A stretch of DNA of 64,000 bases, taken from contig CM120647.1 of assembly GCA_051362555.1 (NCBI GenBank), positions 10,292,001-10,356,000 on the forward strand, given 5' to 3'. How positions within the stretch are numbered: position 1 is the first letter of the stretch; each line of letters begins with the position of its first letter. This DNA comes from Lingula anatina. Its lineage: Eukaryota; Animalia; Brachiopoda. Positions 62,617-64,000 of the stretch are shown here, piece after piece. A program made the translations under genes and the position numbers. Under the pieces are notes generated by a model. That model ran no database searches, had not been told where the DNA came from, and worked only from the letters and a program-made list of their open reading frames with translations.

Positions 62617-64000
62617 TGTATTGTTTCTGTCCTGTCTGCCCAATGTTGTCATGATTGGTTCGTGTTCATGCACCATTTGTCATGGTTGCAATTGAAGTGC
62701 GCTTGCTACCAGTAATAAACAGTACCTTGGGTTTGCCGCGGAGGACGAGTAGTGTGTTCGCCATGTTTTTCCAGGATATTTCCAGCACTCAGAGTCAGCA
62801 CTGCTTTTAAGGGTTATCTTCGAAGCCACACTACAACCAAACCAAAAATAGGAAAAACCCATGAAGGATTAGTAATGAAACTGTTTTGTTGCACAACAAC
62901 ACTAAATGACTCGTGTGTACTTGAAAAAAAAATGAAAATGAAATGAAAAACACCTTGCTAGTTGATGATGATGAAAAACTCAGAACTGAGAGAGACTGAT
63001 AGAATTCAAACAAGCTAAGCAGTACTGATTGACTTTTACGACAATCAAAATTTTAAATAAAAAAAAATGAATTCAACCTTGGAATGGGTGAGTGTTATAC
63101 ATCGATACAGTGATATAGTGGTTCACTCGAGTGGTAGAAATAGATTTGACAGTCTTCAACACACAGAGGAAATAATACAAAACTATATATATAAATATAT
63201 CATATATATATAATACTACATCAACGTCATAAGCCATGCAAGATCATAAAACGTACAGAGATCATAACTCGTTGTAACCCAGAGGCGGATGGAAGCAAGC
63301 GAGAGAAACATGGTCAGCATTATATCCCAGATAAAGTGCATTTTCTTTCAAAACCTGCATATTCCAAGTTGTTACAGTTTTTGATCGTAATTACCAGCAG
63401 TTCTGATCTAACACCTGCCTTCTGTATTTCCATATCGCTGGTTTGGGGGACTCATTTTGTTTTGGGACTGCACTGCCGATGCCCCTCCCCACCCCCGAAA
63501 CCCATTCTCCCAACACGTCCATCCGCCTCTGTTAGAATCATTATTCATTTGATTTAATTTGTTCCCCAATCACGTTAGATTAATATGGACACTCAGTTGT
63601 GTTACCTCTAATCTACACTGACAACGCCTACTTAAAATCAAATGATCACTTAAAAAGATCACAGCTATTCGCGAAACAGGGACGCCATTTCTGCCAACTT
63701 GACTGCATTTAACAAAATAAAAATAGGCAAGAATAAAGCAGAGGGACGTGGTCACCCTTCCTTAAAGGCGTGCACTGTCAATATTTGGCGATAATTGGGA
63801 GGCGCTGTAAGGTGAGTGCGGCACGTCCACTGGTGACAATCCAAATTTTGAAAATTGAGATGACGAGCACCAAACTTGCTTTTCATAGTTTTAATGATTT
63901 TTGTCTCATTTCCGCAGCGACCTTAAATGCCATTATAGCCTCTTGCCGTCAGGCATCACCTAAAGCCCTTACGTGTCCCTTTTTATTTGGTATCGTTGTT

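Noticed and set aside
24000-64000. Conserved bilaterian miRNAs (seed-like hits such as AATGGCACTG at 38622 and CCAGATCT at 43891)
   Set aside because: Matches stop after the seed and no hairpin is evident.
51813-64000. Upstream RBM24 exons (RRM and short linker exon)
   Set aside because: No RNP1/RNP2-encoding segment or phase-compatible short exon was found; they presumably lie beyond the window, although a small exon could have been missed.

Overview
AT-rich, intron-rich animal genomic DNA, probably from a marine invertebrate bilaterian (inferred from repeat types and gene structure; species not identifiable). Two protein-coding genes lie on the minus strand. (1) The 5' two-thirds of an adenylyl cyclase-associated protein gene (CAP1/CAP2 co-ortholog) has coding exons at 14228-14336, 8375-8478, 7935-8012, 2699-2842, 2281-2366, 1714-1819 and 928-1123, and runs off the left edge. 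Its probable promoter/first exon is at ~23.35-23.48 kb. It appears to have two long alternative N-terminal coding regions (14228-14813 and 9901-10810). (2) The last coding exon (51485-51812) and long 3' UTR of an RBM24/RBM38-family RNA-binding protein gene; its RRM exons lie beyond the right edge. The RBM24->CAP tandem order mirrors human RBM24-CAP2. Between the two genes are signs of an unannotated plus-strand transcription unit and a decayed ~5.2 kb Kolobok-type transposon with a nested LINE fragment. CAP intron 1 holds a 3.6 kb Helentron-associated (HINE-like) element with a 146-bp tandem array. No tRNA, rRNA, CRISPR array or recognisable miRNA was found. All calls were made by eye, without database searches.
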